Source: Hemiscyllium ocellatum
Taxonomy: Eukaryota
Length of the DNA stretch: 64,000 nt
Assembly (NCBI RefSeq): GCF_020745735.1
Contig: NC_083449.1
Location: forward strand, 9,956,923-10,020,922
Direction of reading: 5' to 3'
The notes beneath the pieces were generated by a model. That model did not search any database, was not told the DNA's origin, and saw only the letters and a program-made list of their open reading frames with translations. The position numbers were made by a program, and so were the translations under genes. Of this stretch, positions 39,270-52,330 are shown one piece after another (position 1 is the first letter of the stretch; each line of letters opens with the position of its first letter).

Positions 39270-41875
39270 CTGCCTATTTCTGCAATCTGAAGTTACTTTT
39301 CAATTTGTTCCTGCCAGTCTATGTTTCATGGATATATACATGTAGCTATCAATTTGGACCTGTCCATTTTTCATGTAGGAATATTTGAATGGAGTTATCC
39401 ATCTCTACTTGTAAATGTCAAAATACAGTTATAAATACATATGTCAGTCTCTACAATGTGAATGTGTGAGTTTATTCAGCAGTCTATCCCTGTCAGTTTC
39501 TGCTCTGTTAATCTGAGAGTGCCAGTAATAATCTGTACATGCCAGTTTCTGGTTTGTTAATAGATTAATGCAGTTATCAACATATACCTGCCAGTTTCAG
39601 TCAGTGTGCATATCAATCTGCACCTGTCAGATTTTGCTGTGTGAATATGACTGTCATTTTCAGTCCCTGTCAATTCTATCTTGTGAACAAGAGATTGTCA
39701 ATCAATGTGTTGCTGTCAGATGCTGCAAAGAGAATGTGTGAATGTAGTTATCAATCTGTCTATGTTACTTTCTGCTATATGCATACAGGCGTGTAGTTAT
39801 CAATCTGTGTCTAACAGTTTCTGCTCAGTGTCTGTGGGTGTATTTATCAAACTATTGCTGTCAGTGTTTGCAATGTGAAAGTAAATTGATCAATCTTTCC
39901 TCATTAGTTTCTGTTCTCTAAATCAGAGTGTTTAATTATCAATGAGTAACAATCAGTTTTTGGCTTTGTGAATGTGTAAATGCATTTATCATTCTGTACC
40001 TATCAGACTCTGCTTTTAGTTTTTCCATGAGTTTAGTTTAAGCTGTCCCTGTCAGAATCTATAAATGTAGTTACCAATCAATACCTGTCAGTTTTTCTGG
40101 CTGAAAATGTGTGTGAAATTGTCAGTCTATGCCTGACCAATTCCGCTGTGTGAATATGAGAAATTCGGAAGCAACGCTTCCTGTCTGTCACTGCAATGTG
40201 AATATGTGAGTGTATTTATCAATATTTCCCTGTCAGTTTCTGCTCGGTGAGACAGTGCTGTGATCAATACATTCTGCCCTATGAATATTTGAGTGCCTTT
40301 ATCAAATTATACTTGTCAGAAAATTTTCTCTGCATATACAGAAGTTTAGCCGTCAGTTTCGTCAATGTGAATATGTGAGCACGGGTTTGAATCTATGCCT
40401 ATCTGTTTTTGTCAAGTCAATATGAGAGTGCAGTTTACAATCTCTACCTGTCAGATTCTGTGTGAAATTGAGTGCACTTATCAAACTCTATCGGTGAGTT
40501 TAAGTTATGTGAAAGTGGAAGTGTTGTTATCAAATTGTACCTGTGATTTTCTGTTATGTGACTAGAAGAGTGTAATTTCCAATCTGTCCCTGTCATTGTC
40601 TTCTCCATATATCCGAGGAAGTAATTAAATTGTACCTGCCAGCTTTTGCTATGTGAATGAGAGTGTATATCTCAACCAATATCGGGCAGTATGAATTATG
40701 AGAATGAGAGAGAGTTTTGCTATCAGTCAGTACCTTTCAGTTTCTGTTATTTCAACATGTGAGTTTAGTTATCTATTTGTACCAGTCAGTTTCTGCTTGG
40801 TGAATCTGTGAATGTATATATCAATCATTCCTTGTCAGTATCGGTGTTGTGAATATATGAATGAGGTTATCAATTTGTAAACCTGTCAGTTTTTGACATG
40901 TACATATGGAAATGTCAGATTCTGCTCTGTGAATATGGTGCAGTTATCAATCTGTCTTTGCTTTGTGAACATCCAAATATAGTCATTAATACGGACATGT
41001 CAATTTCCACTACGTGAGTGCGTATGTGTATTTCCTGACCTACCCCTGTGAGTTTCTGCTGTCTGTCTATGAGAGTGTTGACATGAACATGTAGCTGTAA
41101 GTTTCTGGTTTGGTAGCGTTCGAATGTCTTTATCAAAATGTATGTCAGTTTCTGTAATGTGAATGTGTGAGTCCAATTATGAATTTATGACTGTAACTTT
41201 CTGTCCTGTGAATATGTAAATGGTGGTTATCATCTGTACCTGTTAGTTTCTCCTTCATAAATGAATGAGGGTAGTTGTCCACCTGTTCCTGTCAGTTTGT
41301 GCTGTGAATGTGTCAGTGTAGTTATCAGTCTGCATCTGTCAATTTCTGCTAGATGAATGAGAGAGTGTAGTTCCTAATATGTACCTGTAAGATTCTGATT
41401 TGTTATTTTTGAGTAGTTATCGAACTGTACATGACAGTGTGTTTATCCCTCTGTGAACTTGGAAGTGTAGTAATAAATCTTTACCTGTTCGGTTATGCAG
41501 TGGGAAAGTTCTTGTCAGTTTCCTCCAAGTGAGTGTAGTTATCCATCTGTGCCTGTCAGTTTCTGCTATCTGAATGTATGAGTGCAAGTATCAATCTGTG
41601 GTTCTCAGTTTCTGCTACGTCGATAAGTGAGTTACATTTTTGATCTGTACCTGTCAGTTTCAGATATGTGAATGTATGAGTGCAGTTATTAATATATCCC
41701 TGAATATTCCTGCTTGTAAAAATGCAAATATATTCATTTAAATCATCCCTGTCATTTTCTGCAAAGTGAATATGAAAATGTAGTTATCAATCTGTAACTT
41801 TCAGTTTCCGTTCTGTGAACATACAAGTGTTGTAATCAATCAGTACCAGTCAGTTTCTGCAGTATGAATATTCTT
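39270..41875. repeat. Largest 47-49 bp minisatellite array (~2.6 kb)
   Basis: CAGTTT anchors at 41557, 41606, 41655 give a 49-bp period. Confidence 0.9.
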
Positions 41876-41894
41876 GTATAATGCGGCACATTAT

Positions 41895-42240
41895 ACGGCA
41901 CAGTGGCTCAATGGTTGACTCTGTTGCCTCACAGCACCAGGGACTTGGATTAGATTCCAGCCTCAGGCGAGTGTCTGCGTGGAGTTTGCACATACTCCCC
42001 GTATCTGTGCGAATTCCCTCCGGGTGTCTGGTTTCCTCCCACAGTCCAAAGAACAGGTTAGGTGAATTGGCCATGCTAGATTGCCCATCGTGTTCAGAGA
42101 TGTGTGGGTTAGGTGCATTAGTCAGGGGTAGTTGTAGAGTGATAAGGGAATGGCTCTGGTTGAGATAATCTTCAGAGAGTTGGTGTGGATTTGCCAGGCT
42201 GAATGTCCTGTTTTGAAACTGTATGGATTCTAATTCTAAC
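41895..42240 (+). mobile_element. HE1 V-SINE
   Basis: Head, V-domain and tail recognisable. Confidence 0.85.
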
Positions 42241-42277
42241 TAAAAGACTATACCTGAAAAGTTCTGCTAGATGAATT

Positions 42278-42437
42278 ATTGCTGAAGGAAACATGACAGA
42301 AGCGCTTCACAGGAGGCTCCCAAGCACTGAGGATGTCATCTAGACAGGGGACGAAACGTTTGCAACACAAATTCCCAGCTCGGCGAACAGAACCGCAACA
42401 ACGAGCACCCAAGCTACAAATCTTCTCCCAAACTTTA
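42278..42437 (+). mobile_element. Short Penelope-type pLTR (second family) with hammerhead 42324-42363
   Basis: GCA-CTGAGGA-TGTC..GAC-GAAA-CG-TT-TGC; flanked by AGATGAATT duplication. Confidence 0.7.
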
Positions 42438-42819
42438 AAGATGAATTCTTAAATATAAATTGATTAGTTATTAATCACTCCCCATCAGTTTCTGATTTGA
42501 TAACATATGAATGCATTTATCAATCTGAATCTGCTATTATTTGTAATATGAATATGTGAGTACAGTTACTGTTCTATGCCTGGAGACATAGGAGTGGAGG
42601 CTAGGAAACTTGGGGAAATATATATTGATATCTTGAAAAATATTTGATGTCAGTGCACATGCCAAAAGAGGAGGTGTTAGAGATGTTAAAAAAAGACATA
42701 AAGGTGTATGAAATTCTCAGACCTGATCAAGTATATCCTTTGATGTTGTAGGAAGCTGTATTGGTAATTTGAATAAATGATATTGTTTTCTTACTTTTTT
42801 CAGAATATCTCAAAGGGAG

Positions 42820-43805
42820 GGTCAATCTATCCCTCAGTTATTGCAATATGAATGTGTGACTGTGGTTATAAATCTGTACCTGTCAGTTTCTATGTGAATA
42901 TGTGGGTGTAGTTATCCATCTCAGTTTCTGCAATGTGAATGGGAGTATAATTATCAGTCTCTAGCTGTCAGCTTCTCCAACATCTATATGTGATGTTAGT
43001 TGTGGAGCTGAATCTCTGTTAGTTTCTGTCTTGTGAATGAGTGAGTGTCATCATCAATCTGTCCCTGTCAGTTTCTGCAACGTGAATGGGTGAGAGTAGA
43101 TATCAAGGTGTAACTGTTTCTGCCATGTGAATATGAGTTGAATATGAGAGTGTAGTTGTCAGGCTTTGTTTGTCAAACTGAATATTGTTATCGATATATA
43201 CTTGTCAGATTCTGCTGTGCTTTATGTAATATGAAACTGAGTCTTATTGCTAATCTGTTCCTGACAGTTTCTGCTTTGTGGATATGATAGATTGATAACA
43301 AATGTTTCTCTGTCGTTAACTAACTCGGTTAGTCACTACAATGTGAATGTCAGGGTGTATTTACTAATTTGTTCCTATCAGTTTCAGCTCTGTGTATTTA
43401 AGTGTGCAGTTATCAATCTATAACTCTCAGTATCTGCCATGTGAACGTGTGAGTGCATTTATCCTATCAGCTTCTGTGTTGTGAATATGTGAATGTGCTT
43501 ACCAATTTGTACCTGCCAGTTCTGATATGTAAATATTGTCCTCGATTTCTCCTTGCCTATTTCTCTTATGTGTGTTACACTGTTCAGTTAGCAATCTGTA
43601 CATGAACTTTGCTGGAATGTGAACATTAGAATATAGTTACCAATCTGACTGCTCTATAAATGTATAAGTACAGTCATCAAACTGTACATGCCAGCTTCTG
43701 CTTTGTGACTCTGAATTTAGATATTAATCTTTGCCTGTCATTTTCAGCTATGTGAATGTGTGAGTGCACTTATCAATATGTACCTGTTAGTTTCTGCTCA
43801 GTGCA
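42820..43805. repeat. 47-49 bp minisatellite array
   Basis: Same repeat core. Confidence 0.85.
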
Positions 43806-43971
43806 CTTGTTTTGTGTCATGGATTGTGTACCGGAAAATTAAAGGATTTTCCAACTCCTGTAGTGCAGACTCAAACTGGCAGGAATGATACCATGGGCTG
43901 TTCTTCAGGATGTCATCAGTTTTTCCTCTTTGCATAGCTACATACTTTTGTGAATAATGCTGAGAAATGGA

Positions 43972-44160
43972 TAGATTAGATTAGATTAGATTACTTAGAT
44001 TAGATTAGATTAGATTAGATTAGATTACTTACAGTGTGGAAACAGGCCCTTCGGCCCAACAAGTCCACACCGACCCGCCGAAGCGCAACCCACCCATACC
44101 CCTACATTTACCCCTTATCTAACACTACGGGCAATTTAGCATGGCCAATTCACCTGACCC
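43972..44160 (-). mobile_element. HE1 SINE 3' half with expanded (GATTA)n tail
   Basis: Reverse complement of 21680-21820. Confidence 0.85.
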
Positions 44161-45349
44161 GTGTTACACAAAATAGGTGTTACATTCCTTTGGTAGTGTC
44201 AAAAGGAAAAGGGGAACAAACTAATAAATTGTATTGTGGCCGACTGACCACAATGTTCCTGCTACAGGAAAGAGAATTGGCTAGTTCACTTTGTTATTCT
44301 ATTGTGAGTGTTACATAATCCTACTTTGTGGTGTGATGGTGCAAGCCATTAGCAGTACTCTCCTGATGCTCTATGGTGCCAATGAGGAAAGCAAAACGAC
44401 TTGTTTTTGTCACACAGTGGAGAAGATTTAAATCATTCAGGCAAATGTATTGAACGTGGTTGATCTCTTCTTGCAAAAAAAGAGAGAATTTACAATTTAC
44501 AAGACTGGCTAAATTTCTTTGTTGAGCTAAAGGGTGATTACTTGATTATATTGTTAAATTGACGACATGACATTCGATTTTCTTGCTTTTTTGAGATATT
44601 TCATAGGGTGGGGAATTTGGGATTCTTTGTAGAAGAGTAAAGTGAATTTGGAGACCAAGTTACACATTTTTTAATTAAAAAATTAATACATTTTCACACT
44701 GCCCTGTAACTTCTATTCATGCAAGGTGAATATGTTGAGAATGATGTTGAGATCAAGGTGGGGTTGGCAGGTTCTCTGCTGCCATGACATACTTATTGAA
44801 ATGGAATGCCAGCTGAATGGGATTTAGTTGCTTGTTTTTGTGTAAACATTTTGTATATATTCATTTCTGTTTCCTACAGTGTAAATGTGTGTACATCGCT
44901 GTTAGTCTCTGTATATTGTGTGTTGGTATGGTGAATCAATCTGAATCAGTCAATCCCTTTGCGTATGTGTGTGTGCTCTCAGTAATGATTCACTACTTGT
45001 CACATATGACTGTTGAAACTGAAGTATGATGTCATTGTTTAACCGGTTTGTGACATTTAAAATGCCCTTGTTAAATGTAAACTTGATTTAGTACACCAAC
45101 TGCCTACTTTAAACAACCAGTCAGCTACAAACATGCTGTGAATGTTCAGGGCCTATGAATCATATTCATTGAAACCAGGAAGATGTCTATGGAGAATGCA
45201 GAGAAAACAAGAAACTTGCCTTACCGCAGTTGTGTCTGACGGTTTGTTTGTTTGGACATATCGCTGGATATTGAGGTCAAACTAAGCCTGATCCAATCGG
45301 CTCTGTGCTTGAGGAAAGGATGTTCTCTGCTTTGACAGGGGTAACATAC

Positions 45350-45457
45350 CTGCTGTTTGTTAGAAGCAGCTGGTCACACTTGGCTTTGTACTGAGGAAAT
45401 ATGACATTGTCTTCATCATTCAAATATTTGCTTGGCAGAAGAGAGAAGATTTTTCAG
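45350..45457 (-). other. Exon-like cassette, copy B2 (proximal acceptor AG->AA; upstream TTTACAG intact)
   Basis: CAG|GTATGT donor; frame SKYLNDEDNVIFPQYKAKCDQLLLTNS. Confidence 0.5.
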
Positions 45458-45773
45458 CTGTAAATCAACAAAAGCCAAGTAAGGGAAGATTAAACTGATC
45501 AGTGTGGCAGTCAGTTAATAATCATTAGGGTATTTTCAAACCTAGCAATTCAAACAGAACCAGGTTTCGATTCCACTCTTTCCCTCAGTTGCTCCTCGTC
45601 TCTGTTTCTTTTATTTGCAACTTTGTAACAAATAGGTGAGATCCAGAACTAACATCTGCACATCTCCATGAGCAGGAATTCGTGAAGCAGCTGCAATGAT
45701 GACATACATCAATAGCAAGCTGAGAATGCACTAAATGTTGAAGGAAAGAACGAGGAACGCTATGTCTAATGCT

Positions 45774-46391
45774 TGTAAAAATATATATAGCTTACCGGTA
45801 AACTTCCGAGTGGGCATGACCTCGGCTTTCGGAGGTCACGTGGTTCTCCGATGCGTGCGCAGCGGATGATCACGTGATGCCCCGAGACGCGGGCGCGGTC
45901 ACGTGGTATCCCTGTTTCTCGTTCTGGAAGAGTGCTGGGAGGTCATGTGATCGGCCGTTTCGCGCCCCGGAAGTGTGCGAGTCTGCCATTTCGCGCCCGA
46001 AAGGAGGCCGCGTGGTGCTCCTTTTCAGAGACAAAGGAGGGTCACGTGGGATCGGACATCCGGGAATGCGAAGAGGCAGGGAATGGAGTCAGAGCAACAG
46101 CCAATTAGAAGACAATCTCACTTGAGTGATGGTATGATGTTTTGTATGGTATAAAAGACTGGGTCGGGGCAGAAATACGTCTTTTGTTCTTTGTGAACTG
46201 ACTGACTTAGTAGTTTGTCAGGGACAGAAAGGTTTAGACCCAGAGCTCTGTATACTTTATCCACTTACTGCTAGAATAAAACTAAAAGTTTAAGATTGAA
46301 TATCTTCTCCTATCGCTTTATTTAAAGAGCACGCAGGACTGGGCTCACACATAGAAGAAAATAAGTTGGTAGATTAAGCCTAAGTCTAACA
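45774..46391 (+). mobile_element. Young solo LTR (618 bp)
   Basis: TG...CA termini, 4-bp TSD TGCT (45770-45773, 46392-46395), CCAAT, TATAAAA (~46150), AATAAA (~46275), CpG-rich U3. Confidence 0.9.
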
Positions 46392-46559
46392 TGCTTTACT
46401 CGAACCTTCAAATTTTTCGTTCTAATATGTGTTCTTTATAGGATTGTCACAAAATTATGGTCTATGCTTCCATTATTCGCCGCCCTACATCAACAAACAG
46501 TGTGAAACAGAAGCCAAACAATAAACTTCCGTCAGTGTTTAGGGGATTAAAACCCATAA

Positions 46560-46920
46560 GAATGTCCCACAGCAGCTTCTTCCCGCTCTGCCTCCCTCAG
46601 CAGATCCACACACAGCCCGAGAAAGGCCTCTCTCTTCCCCCCAGCCCGCTCACTCAAAGTTCCAGGACAAGTTCCTGCTCTGTTCGGCCTCTTACAAACA
46701 GCCCCTGGTTCTCCCTGAACTCATCCCGAATCAATCCCGGTCTCGGAGCCCCCTCTGTGTCCCAGGCTCCCATCCCGATGTGCTGCTGGAAGGAGCCTGC
46801 TGTTCCCTCGCTTCCCTGGGCGCTGATCTCTCCACTGCGTTCTGTTTCAACCAAACCTCTTGCACTCACTGAGTAAATGCTCCTCAATGGCAGAGCTGGG
46901 GGAGGGGCAACGCATGCGCT
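46560..46920 (-). other. Conserved GC-rich block, copy 3 (putative exon 1 + promoter)
   Basis: Near-identical to copies 1 and 2; first donor mutated GT->AT (46724); NRF1-like CGCATGCGC 46911-46919. Confidence 0.55.
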
Positions 46921-47063
46921 CCTCTCGACAGGACCCCGTCAGCTTTGGGGAAGGGGCAGCATCGCGCCTGCGCTGTTTTAGGTTGCCAGAATCAATCATT
47001 CACAATAAACCGACAGTGACAACAGTCATGATTTGGAGACGGCCGACATTGCACTGGGGTGCA

Positions 47064-47400
47064 TAAAGTTAAAAATCACACAACACCAGATTATAGTCCA
47101 ACAGGTTTAATTGGAAGTAATAGTCACCTGATGAAGGAGCGTCGCTCCGAAAGCTAATATGTTGGAGTATATTAGATTAGATTACATTGAATAAATTAGA
47201 TTAGATTAGATTACTTACAGTGTGGAAACAGGCCCTTTGGCCCAACAAGTCCACATTGACCCGCCGAAACGCAACCCACCCACACCACTACATTTACCCC
47301 TTGCGTAACACTACGGGCAATTTAGCATGGCCAATTCACCTGACCCGCACATCTTTGGACTGTGGGAGGAAACCCACGCAACCTGGTGTTGTGTGATTTT
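47064..47400. mobile_element. Short inverted-repeat Penelope-type element (third family; hammerhead 47125-47158) interrupted by an HE1 3' half
   Basis: AAAAATCACACAACACCAG..CTGGTGTTGTGTGATTTTT; CTGATGA-A-GGAGC-GTC-GCTCC-GAAA-GCTA. Confidence 0.7.
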
Positions 47401-48041
47401 TTGGCAGTGACAGTAGCAGTGCTAAACCCAGACCCAGTATAGAGGATCAGGATCAAAGCACAAATATTACTTCCAAATAAAGGAGAGACTAAATGAGCTT
47501 GGACTGTTTTTTTCAAGAGCAGAGATGACTGAGGTGGTGGCACATGATTGTGGTGTGAAAGATTATGAGGCGTATGGAGAGGGTGCATGTAGAGAAACTG
47601 TTTCCCTTGTTTGAACGAACAATCACAAGTAGTGATTGGGTTAGAATATGGTAAAGGATCAGGATTCTCACTATGGTGTAGGGTAAGGGGTAACTATATT
47701 GAGGGAAAATCGCTTTCACTCAGCATGTGGCGGAAATCTGGAAGATACTGCCTGGGAAGGCAGTGGAGGCCAGAAACTTTAACCTTAGTGTTTGGATGAG
47801 CACTTGAAATGTCATACCATTTAAGGATATGGGACAAGTGCAGGAAATTAGCAAACCATCAGTGGTAGTTATTGTGGATGCAGACAATGCCTGAAGGGCT
47901 GTTCTGTGCTGTATGAGTATACGCATGTCAGCTTTTGCTCTGTGTATCTCAGGGTGCAGTTATTAATTTGTACCTGTCAGTCTTTGGTTTCTGACTATGT
48001 AATTGCATTTATCATATGCCACCTGTCAAGTATATGTGAGA

Positions 48042-48218
48042 TTCCGGATTAGTGGTGCTGGAAGAGTACAGCAGTTCAGGCAGCATCCGAGGAGCAGTAA
48101 AATCGACGTTTCGGGCAAAAGCCCTTCATCAGGAATACAGGCAGAGAGCCTGAAGGGTGGAGAGATAAGACCACTAATCCAGAATCTAGTTTCCAGCATC
48201 TGCAGTCATTGTTTTTAC
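48042..48218 (-). mobile_element. Short Penelope-derived element with intact hammerhead core (48102-48136)
   Basis: 15-bp TSD CAAGTATATGTGAGA; minus strand ATTC-CTGATGA-A-GGGC-TTTT-GCCC-GAAA-CG-TC-GATT. Confidence 0.88.
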
Positions 48219-48264
48219 CAAGTATATGTGAGAGTCTAGTTATCAACCTGTAACTTTCAGGTTG

Positions 48265-50176
48265 TAGAGTCATACAGCCTTTGATCCAACTAGTCCACAC
48301 TGATCAGATACCTTAAACTAATCAAATCTCATTTGCTAGCATGGAGTCATAGAGATGTATAGCATGGAAACTGACTCTTCGATTCAACCCGTCCATGCCG
48401 ACCAAATATCCCAACTCAATCTAGTCCCATCTGCCAGCACCCGGCCCATATCCCTCCAAACCCTTCCTATTCATGTACCCATCCAAATGCCTCTTAAATG
48501 TTGCAATTATACCAGCCTCCACCACTTCCTCTGGCAAAGCATAGGTCTCTTTTACATCTTTCCCCTCTCTCCCTAAACCTAAATCCAGGGAAAAGACTTT
48601 GTCTATTTATCCTATCCATGCCCCTCATGGTTTTATGAACCTCTATAAGGTCATCCCTCAACCTCTGATGCTCCAGGGAAAACAGCCCCAGCCTGTTCAG
48701 CCTCTCCTTATAACTCAAATCCTCCAACCCTGGCAACATCCTTCTATGTCTTTTCTGAACCTTTTCAAGTTTCACAACATCTTTCCGAGAGGAACGAGAC
48801 CAGAATTGCACACAATATTCGAACTGCGGCCTAACCAATGTCCTGCACAGTTGCAAAATGACCTCCTAACTCCTGTACTCAATACTCTGACCAATAAAAG
48901 AAAGTATACGAAATGCTTTTTTCACTATCCTATCTACCTACAACTCCACTTTCAAGGAGCTATGAACCTTCATTCCAAGGTCTCTTTGTTCAGCAACACT
49001 CCCTAGGACCTTACCATTAAGTGTATAAGTCCTGCTAAGATTTGCTTTCCCAAAACGTAGCATCTCACATTTATCTGAATTAAACACCATGTGCCAATTC
49101 TCAGCCCATTGGCCCATATGGTCATGGTCCTGTTGTAAACTGAGTTAACCTTCTTCGCTGTCCACTACATAGAACATAGAAAAGTACAGCATAGAACAGG
49201 CCCTTAGGCCCACAATGTTGTGCCGAGACTTATTCCTAACGTAAAATATAGTAACTTAACCTACACACCTCTCAACTCACTGCTATTCATGTGTATGTCC
49301 AGCAATCGCTTAAATGGCCCCAATGACTTCGTTTCTACCACCTCAGCTGGCAATGCATTCCATGCATTCACAACTCTCTGCGTAAAGAACCTACCCCGAT
49401 GTCTCCTTTATACCTTCCTCCTAATAACTTCAAACTATAACTTCTCGTACCAGTCATTCCTGCCCTGGGGAAAAGTCTCTGGCTATTGACTCTGTCTGTT
49501 ACTCTCATTATTTTGTACACCTCGATCAGATCTCCTCTCTTCCTCCTTCTCTCCCGAGAGAAAAATCTGAGCATATTCAACTTTCTACCTAAGGCAAGCC
49601 CTCCAGTCCAGGCAGCATCCTCTTCAAAGCCTCTGTATCTTTCCTGTAGTAGGGCAACCAGAACTGACACAATATTCCAAATGTGATCTCACCAGGGACC
49701 TGTGGAGCTGCAGCTCTTAACCTTGATACCCCTGTTAATGAAAGCCAAAACGCCACATGCCTAGGTGGCAATTTTGATCTATATACCTGCATACCCAGAT
49801 ACCTCTGTTCTCCACACTGCCAAGAATTTCCTCCAATTTTGGTGTCTGCAAACTTATTAACTGTACCTCTTGTGCCCACATCCAAATAATTTACATAAAT
49901 GACAAAACGTAGAGGAACCAGCACCAATCCTTGTGGCACTCCACTGGTCACAGACCTCCAGTCTTAAAAACAACCTTCCACCACCACCCTCATCTACCTT
50001 TGAGCCAGTTCTGCATCCAAATGGCTAGTTCTCCCTGCATTCCATGAGATCTAACCTTGGTAACCAGTCATCCTTGGGGAACCTTGTCGAACGCCTTACT
50101 GAAGTCCATATAGATCACATCTACCACTCTGCCCTCATCAATCTTCTTTGTTACTTCTTCAAAAAACTCAATCAAG
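48265..50176 (-). mobile_element. Nested CR1/HER1 LINE fragments
   Basis: LVRPQFEYCVQFW, RLRDDLIEV, SGVPQG, FAD motifs; multiple 3' tails. Confidence 0.88.
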
Positions 50177-51234
50177 TTCCCTGGCAGCCTCTAATATTTT
50201 TTGTGACTGTGATTTATTCCATTGGAGAAATTATGAGGATGTTGAAACAGGGTCTTTATCTTAAACTCTAAGCATTTTGTGAATTCTGAGTAAAGGAGAG
50301 AGAAGATGGGAAGATGGGTATATACTTCAGAATCCCAACAATTACTGAAAATTTATATGCAGAACAGTGAAAGAATAGAATGGGATAAATGGCCTGCATC
50401 TGTGCTGTACCAATTCTGTGATTCAGATGAATAAAAGGCAATCACATCCTATTGTACAGAGTATCAGTATAAAACTATCATGTAGCAATGGACAGATCAG
50501 CTTATTAAAAAAAACCTGATATGTCAATCAGTGTAGGATGTTTCCTTGCTTAGGGTTTTGTGTTATCATTTGGTTTCGACTTGAACGTAGACATTGTTGA
50601 AGTTTCTTTTGTTTGAAAGTGAGATTTATTCTGCATTTGTCTATTCATCCTGCATTTTTTTTATTGTTGCACATTATTTAATTATTGAGTCTTCAGTCCC
50701 GTATTCCCTTGCTGTGAAGCATTTGAGCACTAGTGAGTCATTTTTCAGCTGTTTCTATTTCTTGAAGTTACACTTTAACACTTGATCAGTCTGGAGCCAC
50801 CATTCACGGTGGGATATAAGCAGTGAATATTACACCAGGAAAACGAAAAAGAAACGTGCCCCCGTCTTTGAGTACGAGGAGTAGATGCATCTCATGATTA
50901 GCGGTCTATGTCTTGAGGTCTATGCCTGGTCGACTTGAACCTGGGTCTGTGGCGCTGTTTTGTCCGATTTCAGATTGCAGTAAATGAGGCTTTCTGCTGT
51001 CCATGAGAGATTTTCAAAATGAACCGAGATCAAACCAGAGCAGCTGCAGGCCTGGGATGGCAAATGTGGAGCTTTTGCTGATATCAGAACTAGTGCACAA
51101 AGGATGGACAACATTAAAATGTTGTCTAAAGACGGTTACTATGCTCACCCAAAATAACGTCTGTGATGTTTATTCAACATACCAGAGTGCTTTTAATATG
51201 TGAAATGAAGAGATTAATTTCTGAGTAAGATGAG

Positions 51235-51950
51235 GGCCCATGGTGTTCGAAGTGAGTTACTGGCATGAATTGAGGATTGGCTGTCTGACAGAAGGCAGAG
51301 AGTTGGGATAAGAGGTTCTTTTTTTGGAATGGCAGCCGGTGACAAGCGGTGTCCCGCAGGGTTCAGTGTTGGGGCCGCAGCTGTTCACGTTATATATTAA
51401 TGTCTGGATGAAGGGACTGGGGGCATTCTAGCAAAGTTTGCTGATGATACGAAGATAGGTGGACAAGCAGGTACTACTGAGGAAGTGGGGAGGCTGCAGA
51501 AGGATCTAGACAGTTTGGGAGAGTCGTCCAGGAAATGGCTGATGAAGTTCAATGTGAGCAAATGCTAGGTCTTGCACTTTGGACAAAAGAATACAAGCAT
51601 GGACTACTTTCTAAAAGGTGAGAAAATTCATAAAGCCGAAGTACAAAGGGATCTGGGAGTGCTAGTCGATTCTCTAAAGGTAAACATGCAGGTTGAACCC
51701 GTGATTAAGAAAGCGAATGCAACTTTGTCATTTATCTCAAGAGGGTTGGAATATAAAAGCAGCGATGTGCTACTGAGACTTTGTAAAGCTCTGGTTAGGC
51801 CCCATTTGGAGTACTGTGTCCAGTTTGACACAGGTCCCCACACCTCAGGAGGGGCATTCTGTCACTGGAGCGTGTCCAGCGGAGATTCACATGGATGATC
51901 CCTGGAATGGTAGGTCAAACATACGAGGAACAGCAGGGGATCCTGGGATT
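51235..51950 (+). mobile_element. CR1 LINE fragment
   Basis: [29 protein letters not shown]. Confidence 0.88.
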
Positions 51951-52089
51951 GGTCCCTGGCACCAGTGTGCCACCATGCTACCATGACATGGATGGCAAAT
52001 GATAAAATCTTTTGCATGTTGAGCAACAGAGATTTGAAGTAAAAAGAGCTCCTGCATTTTGTGGCAAGTGTCATGTTAAACAGAGACAA

Positions 52090-52330
52090 TTATTGTAAGT
52101 ACACTCATTTATTCACAGAGCACACACTGAAAGGTACCGATACTTTCAAATGCACTCATTCATTCATGTAGTTGAAACTCAGGTTCAGAATGAAAATTGT
52201 ACTCAAACATTCACACTGCCGAAACTGACAGGTATAGATTTAAAACAATGTTCTCATATTCATTAAAGTAAAACTGACAGGTACATTTTGATAAGCACTC
52301 ATATTCTCAGAGCTGAGTACACACAGGCAG
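52090..52330. repeat. 47-49 bp minisatellite, inverted orientation
   Basis: GAAACTGACAGGTATAGATT = reverse complement of the core. Confidence 0.75.

Noticed and set aside
39270-41875. CRISPR-like repeat/spacer appearance of the 49-bp arrays
   Set aside because: Eukaryotic context, no cas genes; the variable parts are homologous to each other and the repeats are highly degenerate, so this is a minisatellite.
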